DNA of 64,000 bases, from NCBI RefSeq assembly GCF_035998705.1, contig NZ_DASYHH010000021.1, positions 141,036 to 205,035 on the forward strand, written 5' to 3'. The stretch comes from Shinella sp. Its GTDB lineage: Bacteria > Pseudomonadota > Alphaproteobacteria > Rhizobiales > Rhizobiaceae. The stretch's first letter is position 1; each line of letters starts with the position of its first letter. The notes under the pieces were generated by a model, which did no database searches, was not told where the DNA came from, and was given only the letters and a program-made list of their open reading frames with translations. Shown in pieces: positions 28,549-39,122 of the stretch. Made by a program: the position numbers and the translations under genes.

Positions 28549-28860
28549 TTAAGCCAGCGCGCCGAGCGTTCCGAGTTCCTTGGCGGTGAGATAGTAGAAG
28601 GTGACGCGCGATTTCGTACGGTCGTCGGCCATGGCCTTGCAGACGGCCTCCACGGCCTTGTCGGCGGCGTCCCCGGTAATGCCGAACTTCTTGGCGCACC
28701 ACTTTTCCTTGACGCGGTTCAGCTCTTCGGGGTCGGAGCAGGAGACCAGCGAGGAATCGCGGTTGCGAAGCGCGATGCCGAGATGGCTTACGATCTTCTT
28801 GACGATGGCCTCGTCCGCACCACTGTCATACTTACGGACGTCTGCGAGATAGTCGGTCAT
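28549..28860 (-). CDS. DUF2853 family protein
   Basis: RDSSLVSCSDPEEL, KSRVTFYYL. Confidence 0.8.
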   Translation of the reverse strand: MTDYLADVRKYDSGADEAIVKKIVSHLGIALRNRDSSLVSCSDPEELNRVKEKWCAKKFGITGDAADKAVEAVCKAMADDRTKSRVTFYYLTAKELGTLGALA

Positions 28861-29157
28861 GGGGTCTCCTCTCCGGTCACGTGGCCGCCGCCATCATGGC
28901 GATCCTGCCAGACCCCATGTTTTTCACGCCGGAATGACAAGTCAAGCGCTATCGAGCGCCCGCTCTGCAACGCTACGTATTGCCCGCCCTCGCCCCAGGG
29001 TGGCATCGTCGTCCTTTCTGAAGAAATTTCCGGTAGTGAGATCCGGATAGGCCGGCCCGGCGGGCGAGCCACAACGAACGGTCGCCGCCCGGCCAACCTT
29101 CCAAATATCCTGTCACAAAACCCTTTTCTTGGGAGATGAGAGCGCCTATATACGGGG

Positions 29158-29480
29158 TGCTGCTTCGGCAGCTACGGCAATAAACGAGCGGTGTAATAAA
29201 CCCATTGGACCCGGGGGCGGTACCCGGCGCCTCCACCAAAAACCGGTCATGCGCGACCGACCGGCTTTTGATGGGGGCGAAATAGGATCGACAAGGGCGT
29301 AAAGATCGACTTTTTGCTCGGCATTGTACCACCGTTATCGGGCTAAACTTGTAGTTGCAAACGACAACTATGCGGAAGCTCGTCTCGCTGCTTAATCGCG
29401 GTGTGACACTTCACTCAAAGTCCTAAGGGGTCGCACTCTTAGGCGGGGTCCGAAGGCACCTGGCAACAGAAGCCTTCACC
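29158..29480 (+). ncRNA. ssrA: Two-piece (circularly permuted) tmRNA; outer ends approximate
   Basis: Acceptor piece ends CGCCTCCACCA at 29238; coding piece starts GGGGGCGAAATAGGATCGAC at 29273; tag frame 29357-29395 = ANDNYAEARLAA*. Confidence 0.96.
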
Positions 29481-29491
29481 TTCTCCAATCC

Positions 29492-29519
29492 CTTGAAATG
29501 GTCTATAGCTGTGCCAGAT
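29492..29519 (+). promoter_or_regulatory. Possible RpoH-type promoter for sspB
   Basis: CTTGAA-N16-CCAGAT. Confidence 0.35.
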
Positions 29520-29590
29520 GACTCGTATCGCAAGATATGAGAACGCGTTGCAATGCCTGATGACAAAGGCTGGAAGAAAGACAGGAACTG

Positions 29591-30115
29591 ATGGCGCAAG
29601 ACCACATTCGTTACGACATTCTCGCCCAGGACGCGCTGCGCAGCGTCATTCGCAAGGTCCTGTCCGAAGTTGCGGTCACAGGCCATTTGCCCGGCGAGCA
29701 CCATTTTTTCATCACCTTCCTGACCAACGCCCCCGGCGTGCGCATCTCGCAGCACCTCAAGGCGAAATATGCCGAGCAGATGACCATCGTCGTCCAGCAC
29801 CAGTTCTGGGACCTGAAGGTCACCGAGAGCCTGTTCGAGATCGGCCTCTCCTTCTCCGATACGCCGGAAAAGCTCGTCATTCCGTTCAACGCCATCCGCG
29901 GCTTCTATGACCCGTCCGTCAGCTTCGAGCTGGAATTCGACGTGCCGGCCGTCGAGGAGGAGGAAGAGCACTCCGCCGAGATCACCGCCTATCCGGCCAC
30001 CGCGGAAAAGGCCGTGGAAACCACCACGGAAGAGCCGACACCGCCGACCGGCGGGGACGACAACAAGGGCGGCGGTTCCGTCGTCTCGCTCGATTCCTTC
30101 CGCAAGAAGAACTGA
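29591..30115 (+). CDS. sspB: SspB, ClpXP adaptor (alphaproteobacterial type)
   Basis: HHFFITFLT, MTIVVQHQFWDL, IPFNAIRGFYDPSV, C-terminal VVSLDSFRKK; adjacent to ssrA. Confidence 0.92.
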   Translation: MAQDHIRYDILAQDALRSVIRKVLSEVAVTGHLPGEHHFFITFLTNAPGVRISQHLKAKYAEQMTIVVQHQFWDLKVTESLFEIGLSFSDTPEKLVIPFNAIRGFYDPSVSFELEFDVPAVEEEEEHSAEITAYPATAEKAVETTTEEPTPPTGGDDNKGGGSVVSLDSFRKKN

Positions 30116-30124
30116 GTTGTCGCG

Positions 30125-30322
30125 ATGAGCGGCGACGTCGTCAATCTCCGCCAGTTCCGCAAGCAGAAGGCCCGCTCCGACAAGGAGAAGCAGGCCGAGC
30201 AGAACCGCGCCACCTTCGGTCGCACGAAGGCGGAGAAGACGCTGACACGCGCATTGAACGACAAGGCGGAAAAGTCGCTGGATCAGGGCCGCCTCGAGCG
30301 GCCCGACGGCGATAAGGACTAA
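30125..30322 (+). CDS. DUF4169 family protein
   Basis: DVVNLRQFRKQK, NRATFGRTKAEK. Confidence 0.85.
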   Translation: MSGDVVNLRQFRKQKARSDKEKQAEQNRATFGRTKAEKTLTRALNDKAEKSLDQGRLERPDGDKD

Positions 30323-30386
30323 GATTTCAAACGCTTGCCGGGAAAACCGGATTCGATCTGCCAATCGCCTGATTCACTGCGTAAGG

Positions 30387-30623
30387 ATGGGCATGATCCG
30401 CAAATATTCCACCACCCTGCACGGCCACCGCACGAGCTTCTCGCTCGAGCCGGCCTTTCACGACGAGTTGCGCGGTATTGCCGACGCGCGCGGCATGGCC
30501 GTCGCGGCGCTGATCCGCGAGATCGACGACGCCCGTGGCGTCGACGGCAATCTCTCCTCGGCGCTGCGCCTTCATGTGCTGCAATGGCTGAAGGAAAAGG
30601 CCGGCGACGCCGGTCTCAGTTGA
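30387..30623 (+). CDS. Ribbon-helix-helix domain protein
   Basis: HGHRTSFSLEPAF, NLSSALRL. Confidence 0.88.
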   Translation: MGMIRKYSTTLHGHRTSFSLEPAFHDELRGIADARGMAVAALIREIDDARGVDGNLSSALRLHVLQWLKEKAGDAGLS

Positions 30624-33600
30624 CGCCCGGCAGCGTGTCGAAGTTCAGGCTCTGCCCGCCGTCGAGCGGCGGCAGTTCGCCACCGCGCTCGACGCCCTCT
30701 TCCGGATTGACCGGCAGGCGCCGGCGCGCCGCCTCGTCTTCCGCCTTGCGCGCCTCGGCGGCTGCCCGCTGCTCGGCCAGGCGACGGGCCTCCTCCTGCG
30801 CCTCCAGCAGCAGGCGGGCGTCGTTCGCGGCCTTGCGGCGCGTGCGCTCGGCCTCTTCGGCGGCCTCCCTGGCGGAGCGCTCCTTCTCGGCGCGTTCGCG
30901 CGCCTCGGTACGCCGCCGCGTTTCTTCCTCGATCTGAAGGCGCATCGCTTCCGCAAGCGCTGCCCGCGCATCCGCCCGCGAACGATAGAGCGCCGCCTCG
31001 CGCCGCAGGCGCTGCTTTTCGAGCACGTTGGCCTGCAAGGTCTCCACCCGCCGGCGCTCGGTCTCGAAGCGGCGCAGCGACAGGTAGTTGGCAAGCGGCT
31101 GCACGTCGAGTTCGAAGCCCGGCGCCTCGACGAGGCCGCGATAGGCGAGCGCCACCTCCGGCTCGGCGCCGGCCAATGCATCCTCACCCGCCTCGTAGGT
31201 GACGGAAAGGCGCCCCGTCATCATGTCGCCGGCGAGATCGATATCCGCGTCGCCCGAAAGCCGCGCCTTACCATCCTCGGCCGCAACGCTCTGGACACGC
31301 AGCTTGCCACCGGCGAGCGCGAAGGGAATGCGCACCGCCCCCAGCGCCGCCTCGCCCTTCAGGATGGCGCCCGACGCAAAACCGGCCACGCGCGCCGGCG
31401 TGATGTCACCCTCGATGCGATCCGCCTCGGCAAGAAGCGACGGCAGCGCACCGGTATCGAGCCCGCGCAGGACAAGATCGGACACCCGCACCTCGCCCGA
31501 GCCGCTGGCGCCCTCGACCATGGCGCGCACGCTCTTGCCGGAAGCATCGACGGCGAGCGTCACATCCGCCTTGCCGGTGGCCGCCGCCCCTTGCGGCCCG
31601 GCCCAGACGATCTTCGACAGATCGACGCCGGCAAGTTCCGTGCGCGCCTCGAACAGGCCGTTCTCCTCGGCGTTGGCGACCTTGACGCGGCCGGAGAGCT
31701 TGCCGCCGAGCCAGTCGCCGGCCATGTCGGTCAAGGTCAGTTCGCCGCCCTTCCAGACGAGGTTCGCCTTGAACCCCTCGACCGCGCCATAAAGTCCCGG
31801 CCAGAACGTTCCGGCCTCGAGCGCCACGGAAACATCGGCGGCATCCTGGAGCGGCTGCACCAGCGGCGCGGCGTTGAGCCCGCCTTCGAGGACATCGCTC
31901 ACCGAGCCGGCAATGGCTTCCGCCAGGAAAGCGAAATCCACCGTATCGAAGCGCAGCGCGCCGGCGCCCTTCAGCGTGGCGGCCGTGCGATCGAGCGTCA
32001 GGTTGCCGGAAAAGGCGTTGCGGTCGGCCTCGCCGTCTATCTCGGTGATCGCGATCGCCTGCGCATCGGTCGCAACCGATGCCTGAGCCGTCAGCGGCAG
32101 GCCGGCGCCCGCCTGCGGAACGGCGATGCCGTTCATCATCAGATAGGGCTCGATATCGTCGCTCTTGGCCGAAATCGCGAGCGTGCCGGCAAGAAAATCC
32201 TCGGCGGAAAGCGCGGCGCTGCCCTTGGCGGAGACCGACGTGCTGCCGGCATTGAACGCCGCCGACACGGTCGCCGCGCCCTCTTCGGGCTGGTTCACGC
32301 GGAAGGTGACGCTGCCGTCCGGGTCCGCGTCGAAGGGCAGCGGGTCAAGGCCGACCTGTCCGGCGAGCACGACGGATTGCGGGTTGAAGATGCTGCCGTC
32401 GAGCTCGAAATTGCGGCCGCGCAGCAGATCGGCTGGCGTGTTGGTGGAAAGCTTGAACTCGACCCGGCCCTCGTTGACGGGCCCGGACAGCGTGATCGTC
32501 GCAGGGCCACCGCCCTCGCCGGAGACCGCGGCGCGAAGCGCGAGATCGGCATTGTCATAGTAGCCGGCATTGGCGACGAAGCGCGTCAGCAACGGATGGG
32601 CCGGCAGATGCCGCGCGAGAAGGGCCGCGACCGGTTCCATCGCCCCCGCCTTGAGCCGGATGTCGAGCCCCGCGCTCGGCGCCAGAAGCGAACCGCCGAG
32701 CGTGCCGCTTGCCGAAAGGGTCGCCCCCTCGAGGGACGCAACGTTGAAGCGGCTCAGCGTCAGGAGACCATCCTTCACGGAAAGCGTGGCATTCACATCC
32801 GCGGCAGTCTCGCCGAAGGCCAGGAACCGATCCGCCTTGAGGTCGAGCGCGATGGAATGATCCAGCACGGTGGTGAGCGACGCATCTCCGGCGACGAGGC
32901 CGACCAGCGCGCGAAGCGAATCCAGCTGCACCTCGTTGCCGCGCAGCTCCAGCGACAGCGCGGGCGCCTCGTTCGAGCGGGATTCCCGCTCCAGCCGCCC
33001 CGTCAGCGAGGCGCCGCCGATGGCGATTTCGAGATTTTCGAAGCGCTGCAACTCGTCGGCCAGGTTCACTTGCGCCGAAAAACCGGCGGTCCGCAGCTTG
33101 CGGATTTCCGGATCCACCGAGCCGGCAAGCCAGGTCGCAAGCCCCGAGGGCTGGTTGGAGGCGATCAGCAGGTCGCCGACGAAGCCGCGGTTTTCCCGCA
33201 GCAATAACCGCCCCTTGGCTTCGAGCGCGGTGCGGCCGGGCAGGATCGCATCCGCCCGGTCGATCCGCCAGCCATCGCCATCCGGCTTCACGTCGAGGCG
33301 AATTTCGCGCACCGTCGTGTCGCCGACCACAACGGCCGGCAGGAACAGGCTCGCCCGGCCCGGCACCTGCGGAACGGGGATATCTGCGGCAATCGCCAGC
33401 AGCGCCTGAAGCCGCTGGCGGGCCGACATCTGCGGGTTTCGGCCGGTCTTGCCGGTCTCGCCGCTGTTGCCGATGCGGTTGACGTCGATCTGCTGGCCAT
33501 CGGCGATCAGGAGGAATTCGGGCTTTCGGCCCGTATCGAGCGTCGCCTCGCCGGTCACCACGTAGGGATCGGCGGCCGGCCCGGCCTCCAGGCGGTATTC

Positions 33601-34416
33601 CGGAACACGGATGCGCTCGTTGGAAAGCTCGAACTTGCCGGCGATGCGGATCGGATCGGCCGGCCCCTCGCCCTTCGCGCGCGGCTTTTCCGAAACGGTG
33701 AAATTGCCGTCGTAGAGCGGGCGGAAATCGACGACCTTCAAGGCGCCGTCGAGATCGGCGGTAAAAGTGAGCCTGTCGGGCACGATGCGGGCGCGCAACG
33801 ACAGCGCGCCGTTCTCCACCTGCCCGCTCGCCAGCTGGAAGGCGCCGCTTTCCCCGTCGAGCGCCGCACGCCCGTCGATGCGCCACGGGCCGCCGAGCGA
33901 CTTCGCGGTGACCTGCGCGTCGAGGCCGGTGACATGGCGCGTGCGGCCGGTCTGCTCGTCGACGAACTCGATCTCGCCGCCGGTGATCGCGACGTTTTCC
34001 AGGATGACGGTGCGGGCGGGGATATCGGACTTGCGGCCGCGCGCCCAATCCAGGGTGCCGTCCTGGAAGAGCTTGATGCGGGCCTTCGGCTCCTCGATGC
34101 GCATGTCGAAGATCAGCGCCTCGCCGGAGAGAAACGGTGCCAACTCCGCATCCATGGAGAATCGCGCGACCTCGACCAGCGGCCGTCCGTCCTCAGGCGA
34201 GCCGACGCGCACGTCGTTGAGCGTCACGGAGGGAAACGGGATCAGCCGTGCATCGACGCTGCCATGCACGACCACGGTACGGCCCATGATGCGGCTCGCC
34301 TCGCGCTCGAAATCCTGGCGGAAACTCGTCCAGTCGACGAAGACTGGCGCCAGCAGCGCTGCAAAGAGCGCCACGACCACCAGGCCGCCAACGAAGAGCA
34401 TGATCCTAGAAAGCAC
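30616..34416 (-). CDS. AsmA family protein
   Basis: N-terminal TM + PVFVDWTSFR..ASRIMGR AsmA start; 1266 aa, beta-rich; C-terminal coiled coil. Confidence 0.88.
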   Translation of the reverse strand: MLSRIMLFVGGLVVVALFAALLAPVFVDWTSFRQDFEREASRIMGRTVVVHGSVDARLIPFPSVTLNDVRVGSPEDGRPLVEVARFSMDAELAPFLSGEALIFDMRIEEPKARIKLFQDGTLDWARGRKSDIPARTVILENVAITGGEIEFVDEQTGRTRHVTGLDAQVTAKSLGGPWRIDGRAALDGESGAFQLASGQVENGALSLRARIVPDRLTFTADLDGALKVVDFRPLYDGNFTVSEKPRAKGEGPADPIRIAGKFELSNERIRVPEYRLEAGPAADPYVVTGEATLDTGRKPEFLLIADGQQIDVNRIGNSGETGKTGRNPQMSARQRLQALLAIAADIPVPQVPGRASLFLPAVVVGDTTVREIRLDVKPDGDGWRIDRADAILPGRTALEAKGRLLLRENRGFVGDLLIASNQPSGLATWLAGSVDPEIRKLRTAGFSAQVNLADELQRFENLEIAIGGASLTGRLERESRSNEAPALSLELRGNEVQLDSLRALVGLVAGDASLTTVLDHSIALDLKADRFLAFGETAADVNATLSVKDGLLTLSRFNVASLEGATLSASGTLGGSLLAPSAGLDIRLKAGAMEPVAALLARHLPAHPLLTRFVANAGYYDNADLALRAAVSGEGGGPATITLSGPVNEGRVEFKLSTNTPADLLRGRNFELDGSIFNPQSVVLAGQVGLDPLPFDADPDGSVTFRVNQPEEGAATVSAAFNAGSTSVSAKGSAALSAEDFLAGTLAISAKSDDIEPYLMMNGIAVPQAGAGLPLTAQASVATDAQAIAITEIDGEADRNAFSGNLTLDRTAATLKGAGALRFDTVDFAFLAEAIAGSVSDVLEGGLNAAPLVQPLQDAADVSVALEAGTFWPGLYGAVEGFKANLVWKGGELTLTDMAGDWLGGKLSGRVKVANAEENGLFEARTELAGVDLSKIVWAGPQGAAATGKADVTLAVDASGKSVRAMVEGASGSGEVRVSDLVLRGLDTGALPSLLAEADRIEGDITPARVAGFASGAILKGEAALGAVRIPFALAGGKLRVQSVAAEDGKARLSGDADIDLAGDMMTGRLSVTYEAGEDALAGAEPEVALAYRGLVEAPGFELDVQPLANYLSLRRFETERRRVETLQANVLEKQRLRREAALYRSRADARAALAEAMRLQIEEETRRRTEARERAEKERSAREAAEEAERTRRKAANDARLLLEAQEEARRLAEQRAAAEARKAEDEAARRRLPVNPEEGVERGGELPPLDGGQSLNFDTLPGVN

Positions 34417-34466
34417 GCCGCATGCCTCGAAATTCCTTCATTCGCACAGGATAACGCGAACTTCCG

Positions 34467-35879
34467 CTAGAGGGTCGAAAAAATCTTGCCCGGGTTCAGA
34501 ATGTTGTCCGGATCGAGCGCCCGCTTGATCTGCTGCATCAGTAGCACCGACCCTCCGAGTTCGCCCGGCAGGAAGGCCTGCTTGCCCTGCCCGATGCCGT
34601 GTTCGCCCGTGCAGGTGCCGTCCATGGCGAGTGCGCGCGCATTGAGCCGGCCGACGAAGGCCTCCACCTGCTCGACATGCGCCGGGTCCTTGTCGTCGAA
34701 GACGATGCTGACGTGGAAATTGCCGTCGCCCGCATGGCCGACGATCGGCGCCAGCAGGCCGTGTTCCTCGATGTCGGCCTCGGTGTCCGCCACGCAATCG
34801 GCCAGCCGCGAGATCGGCACGCAGACATCCGTCGCGATGACGGCATAGCCGGGCCGAAGCCCCTTGGCCGCCCAATAGACGTCGTGCCGGGCCTTCCACA
34901 ATTTCGCGCGTTCACCGGCATCGGCCGTCCACTGGAATTCACCCCCACCGCAATCCGCCGCGATCGCGCCGAATTCTTCCGATTGCAGGCGCACGCTTTC
35001 CGCATTGCCGTGGAACTCGACGAAGAGCGTCGGCTGCTCCGGCAGCGTCAGGCCCGAATAGGCGTTGCAGGCCTTGATCTGGAGCGTGTTGACGAGTTCG
35101 ATGCGCGCGACCGGAATACCGAGCTGGATCGTCATGATCACGGCGTCGCAGGCGTCCTTCAGCGTCGGAAAACCGCAGATGCCGCCGGCAATGACCGCGG
35201 GAATGCCCTGGAGGCGCAGCGTGATCGAGGTCAGCACGCCGAGCGTGCCCTCGGCGCCGACGAAGAGGCGCGTGAGATCGTAGCCGGCCGAGGATTTTCG
35301 CGCACGACGCGCGGTGCGGATTTCCTCGCCGGTCGCGGTGACGACGGTGACGGCCAGCACATTGTCCTTCATCGTGCCGTAGCGCACGGCATTCGTGCCG
35401 GAAGCGCGCGTCGAGGCCATGCCGCCGATCGAGGCGTTCGCGCCGGGATCGATCGGGAAGAACAGGCCGGTATCGCGCAGATAGGTGTTCAGCTCCTCGC
35501 GGGTGATACCGGGCTCGACGGTGCAGTCGAGATCCTCGGCATTCACTTCGAGCACGCGCTTCATATTGTTGAAATCGATGGAAATGCCGCCGTTCGGCGC
35601 ATTGACCTGCCCTTCCAGCGAGGAGCCCGTGCCGAAGGGGATGACCGGCACTTTCAATTCGGCGCAGATGGCGACGACCGCCTTCACCTCCTCGGCGGTC
35701 TCGACGAAGACGACACCGTCGGGAAGCTGGGCGGGAATATAGGTGGTGGTGTGCGCATGCTGGGCGCGGATCGCCTGTCCGTTATGGAACCGCGCGCCGA
35801 AGCGATCGGCGAGCCGTGCCAGCGCCTCGGTGATGCCCGCCTCGTTGCGCGTGCCGCTCCTGATATCCGTCAATGCCAT
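34467..35879 (-). CDS. FAD-linked oxidase (D-lactate dehydrogenase/GlcD-like)
   Basis: PFGTGSSLEG, PIDPGA, GYDLTRLFVGAEGTLG, GHAGDGNFH, GEHGIG, LNPGK. Confidence 0.92.
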   Translation of the reverse strand: MALTDIRSGTRNEAGITEALARLADRFGARFHNGQAIRAQHAHTTTYIPAQLPDGVVFVETAEEVKAVVAICAELKVPVIPFGTGSSLEGQVNAPNGGISIDFNNMKRVLEVNAEDLDCTVEPGITREELNTYLRDTGLFFPIDPGANASIGGMASTRASGTNAVRYGTMKDNVLAVTVVTATGEEIRTARRARKSSAGYDLTRLFVGAEGTLGVLTSITLRLQGIPAVIAGGICGFPTLKDACDAVIMTIQLGIPVARIELVNTLQIKACNAYSGLTLPEQPTLFVEFHGNAESVRLQSEEFGAIAADCGGGEFQWTADAGERAKLWKARHDVYWAAKGLRPGYAVIATDVCVPISRLADCVADTEADIEEHGLLAPIVGHAGDGNFHVSIVFDDKDPAHVEQVEAFVGRLNARALAMDGTCTGEHGIGQGKQAFLPGELGGSVLLMQQIKRALDPDNILNPGKIFSTL

Positions 35880-35966
35880 CGTTTCCCCCTCACTGCCTGT
35901 GCGGGTTTACTCAGCAAATTGGCGCGCGGCTGTCCAGCCGCAATATCAGGTCATGGCCGCAGAGGC

Positions 35967-38900
35967 TCACTCCGCCGCCTGCGGCAGCGCACCGTCGCCG
36001 GCCTTGGCGAGCGCATCGGCATGGGCAAGTTCCGCGGCAAGGCGCTTTTCCTCGTCCGCATGCGGGCTCGTATAGCGGGCGATCGCCAGATAGGCGACGG
36101 GCGTCAGGTAGAGGGTGACGACCGTCGCAAGGCCGAGACCGCCGACCAGCACCCAGCCGAGCGAGATGCGCGCTTCCGCACCCGCCCCGCTTGCCAGCAC
36201 CAGCGGCACCGCGCCGACGACGGTGGCGATCATCGTCATCAGCACCGGGCGCAGGCGGATATTGGCGGCGTCCTCGATGGCGCTGCGCACATCCTGGCCA
36301 CGGTCGCGCAGCTGGTTGGCGAATTCGACGATCAGGATGCCGTTCTTCGCCATGATGCCCACGAGCAGCACGAGCCCGATCTGGCTGTAGATGTTGAGCG
36401 TCGTGCCCGTCAGGATCATCGCGAAGACGGCGCAGGCAAGGCCCAGCGGCACCGTCACCATGATGATCACGGCGCTGACGAAACTCTCGAACTGCGCGGC
36501 AAGCACCAGGAAGATGATGGCGATGGCAAAACCGAAGGTGACGAACAGGCCGCTCGAATTTTCCTGGAGCGTAGCGGCTTCCGCCATCGGCATCAGGCGC
36601 GAGCCCTCCGGCAGCAGCGGCTCGGCCATGTCCTGCACCATCGACAGCGCGTCACCGAGTGCGAGGCCATCCTTGAGACCGGCCGAAAGCGAGACGGCGC
36701 GCAACTGCTGCTCGCGCGACAGCTGGGGCGCGACCGCGCGTTCCTCCAGCGAGGCGATGGAGGACATCGGCACGATCTTGCCGTCGCCGGTCTTGAGGAA
36801 GATGTTCTCCAGATCCGTCGGATCGTTGATCGGCTGCGTCGTCGAGGAGAGCTTTACGGGATAGGCTTGGCCTTCCACATAGATATCGACGACGCTCGTG
36901 CCCTCCAGCATGGCCTGCAAGGCGGCCGAAAGCCCGGTAATGTCGATGCCGAGGTCGGCGGCGCGCTCCCGGTCGACGGTCACCGAAAGCTGGGCCTGGT
37001 TGGCCTCGTAGTTCAGCCGCACGTTCTGGAAGCGGCCGCTATCCTCGATCTTGCGCACGAGTTCCGCCGCCGCATTGCCGAGCTTGGTATAGTCGTTGCC
37101 GACGAGCGCCACCTGCAGGCCGTTGCCGGCGCCGCGGATGCCAAGGCTGTTCGGCTGCATGGCGAAAGCGCGCACCGAGGGCACGGAACCGACCGCGCCG
37201 TTGATGTCCTGCACGATTTGCTGCTGCGTGCGGTCGCGCTCGTCCCAGGGGGCGAGCGTGAGCACCATGAAGCCGCTGTTGGTGGAACCGCCCTGCCCCG
37301 AAATGGAGAAGATGTTGACGATCTCACCCTTGTCGTAGAGCGGCCGAAGCTTGTTCTCGATCAGCTTCATCTGGTCCTGCGCATATTCCAGCGACACGCC
37401 CTGCGGCGCGTTCACGCGCAGCATGACCATCGACCGGTCTTCGCTCGGCGTCAGTTCGGATTTGATGGTGAAGAACGAGGTGGCGCCCGCGGCGGTAAAG
37501 AGCAGCGCCACGACGAAGACGATGAACGGCGCGCCGAGGCAGGCGCTCAGCGTCGAGCGGTAGAAGCGCGCGCAGGCGCTGCCGATGCGGGCGAGAACGC
37601 CGGTATGCTCGTGCTTCATCTCCTTGGTCAGCAGGCGCGAGGCGAGCATCGGGCAGAGCGTCAGCGCGACGAAGGAGGACAGCAGCACCGCGAAGGCCAG
37701 CACGAAGCCGAATTCGCGGAACAGCCGCCCCGCCTGGCCGGGCAGGAAGGAGAGCGGGATGAAGACGGCGGCGAGCGTCGCGGTCGTGGCGATGACGGCG
37801 AAGAACACTTCCAGCGTGCCGATGATGGCGGCGGCGCGCGGTTTCAGGCCTTCCGCGCGGCGACGCACGATGTTCTCCAGCACCACGATCGCGTCGTCCA
37901 CCACGAGGCCCGTCGCCAGAACGATCGCGAGCAGCGTCAGGATGTTGACGGAGAAGCCGGCCATGTAGATGGCGGCGATCGTGCCGATCAGTGCGATCGG
38001 CATGCTGATCGTCGGGATGAGCGTCGCGCGCCAGTCGAGCAGGAAAAGGTAGATGACGAGCGTCACGATGACGACGGCGACGACGAGCGCGATCTCCACC
38101 TCGTGGATCGCGCCATCGATGAAGACGGCGTCGTCGCTGGTGATCTTGATCTCGGTGCCTTCCGGCAGGATGTTGCCGAACTGCGCCACCATCTGCTTCA
38201 CGCCCTCGGAAATATCGAGCGTGTTGGATTGCGCCTGGCGCACGATGCCGAGACCGATGCCCTGCCGGCCGTTGGAGCGTAGCGCCGTCTGCCCCTCGTC
38301 CGGCCCCATCGTCACCATGGAGACGTCGCCGAGGCGCACGCGGTTCTTCAGCATCAGGTTTTCGAAATCGGCCGGCGTCGTCAGGTCCGCGGTGGCACGC
38401 ACCGTGATGTCCTGGCTCCGGCTCTTCAGCGAGCCGGCCGGCACGTCGAAGGCGGCCGTCGCCAGCGCATTGCGCAGGTCCGCGACCGTCAGGCCGCGCG
38501 CCGCAAGCTTCGACTGGTCGACATCGACGCGAAAGATCTTTTCCTGGTCGCCGTAGACCACCACGTCGGCGACCCCCTCGACGGAGGCCAGCCGGTCGGT
38601 GATCTCGTTTTCGGCCAGCAGCGTCAGGTCTTCGAGCGACAGCGTATCGGAGGTCAGCGCAAGCCGCATGATCGGCTGGCTGTCGGCATCCGCCTTGACG
38701 ACGCGCGGTTCGTCGGCGCCGTCCGGCAACTGGTTCGTCACGCGGCCGAGCGCGTCGCGCACGTCGTTCGCCGCCTGGTTGACGTCCGTCGTATCGGAAA
38801 ATTGCAGCGTGACGCGGCTGCGGCCGAAGGACGACTGCGAGGAAATGTCCTTGATGCCCTGGACGCGCGAGACGCCGCCCTCGATGACATCGGTGACTTC

Positions 38901-39122
38901 CCGGTCGACCGTCTCGGGCGAAGCACCCTCGAATTCCGTCGACACGCTGATGACCGGCTGGTCGACCGACGGCAGTTCGCGGATTTCCACGCCATTGAAG
39001 GCGGCAAGGCCGGCGAGGATGATCAAGGTATTGAGGACGAGAGCGAAGATCGGCCGGCGAATGAAAAGGGCGGTAAAACCCGCCTTGCCGGAGTCGTTGA
39101 GGCCGTTCCCCTCTCCCGACAT
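35967..39122 (-). CDS. RND efflux permease (AcrB/MdtC family)
   Basis: FIRRPIFA, GLVVDDAIVVLENI, KNGILIVEFA, RLRPVLMT; TAATG coupling with the MFP. Confidence 0.95.
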   Translation of the reverse strand: MSGEGNGLNDSGKAGFTALFIRRPIFALVLNTLIILAGLAAFNGVEIRELPSVDQPVISVSTEFEGASPETVDREVTDVIEGGVSRVQGIKDISSQSSFGRSRVTLQFSDTTDVNQAANDVRDALGRVTNQLPDGADEPRVVKADADSQPIMRLALTSDTLSLEDLTLLAENEITDRLASVEGVADVVVYGDQEKIFRVDVDQSKLAARGLTVADLRNALATAAFDVPAGSLKSRSQDITVRATADLTTPADFENLMLKNRVRLGDVSMVTMGPDEGQTALRSNGRQGIGLGIVRQAQSNTLDISEGVKQMVAQFGNILPEGTEIKITSDDAVFIDGAIHEVEIALVVAVVIVTLVIYLFLLDWRATLIPTISMPIALIGTIAAIYMAGFSVNILTLLAIVLATGLVVDDAIVVLENIVRRRAEGLKPRAAAIIGTLEVFFAVIATTATLAAVFIPLSFLPGQAGRLFREFGFVLAFAVLLSSFVALTLCPMLASRLLTKEMKHEHTGVLARIGSACARFYRSTLSACLGAPFIVFVVALLFTAAGATSFFTIKSELTPSEDRSMVMLRVNAPQGVSLEYAQDQMKLIENKLRPLYDKGEIVNIFSISGQGGSTNSGFMVLTLAPWDERDRTQQQIVQDINGAVGSVPSVRAFAMQPNSLGIRGAGNGLQVALVGNDYTKLGNAAAELVRKIEDSGRFQNVRLNYEANQAQLSVTVDRERAADLGIDITGLSAALQAMLEGTSVVDIYVEGQAYPVKLSSTTQPINDPTDLENIFLKTGDGKIVPMSSIASLEERAVAPQLSREQQLRAVSLSAGLKDGLALGDALSMVQDMAEPLLPEGSRLMPMAEAATLQENSSGLFVTFGFAIAIIFLVLAAQFESFVSAVIIMVTVPLGLACAVFAMILTGTTLNIYSQIGLVLLVGIMAKNGILIVEFANQLRDRGQDVRSAIEDAANIRLRPVLMTMIATVVGAVPLVLASGAGAEARISLGWVLVGGLGLATVVTLYLTPVAYLAIARYTSPHADEEKRLAAELAHADALAKAGDGALPQAAE

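Noticed and set aside
29238-29600. tmRNA as a possible prophage or island integration site
   Set aside because: No integrase, no duplicated 3' end (att) and normal ssrA-sspB adjacency.
34599-38282. 1227-aa plus-strand ORF and many other long antisense ORFs (e.g. 16626-18743, 41890-44013, 43596-46223)
   Set aside because: Shadow frames opposite well-recognised genes. High GC suppresses stop codons; the translations are R/G/A-rich with no motifs.
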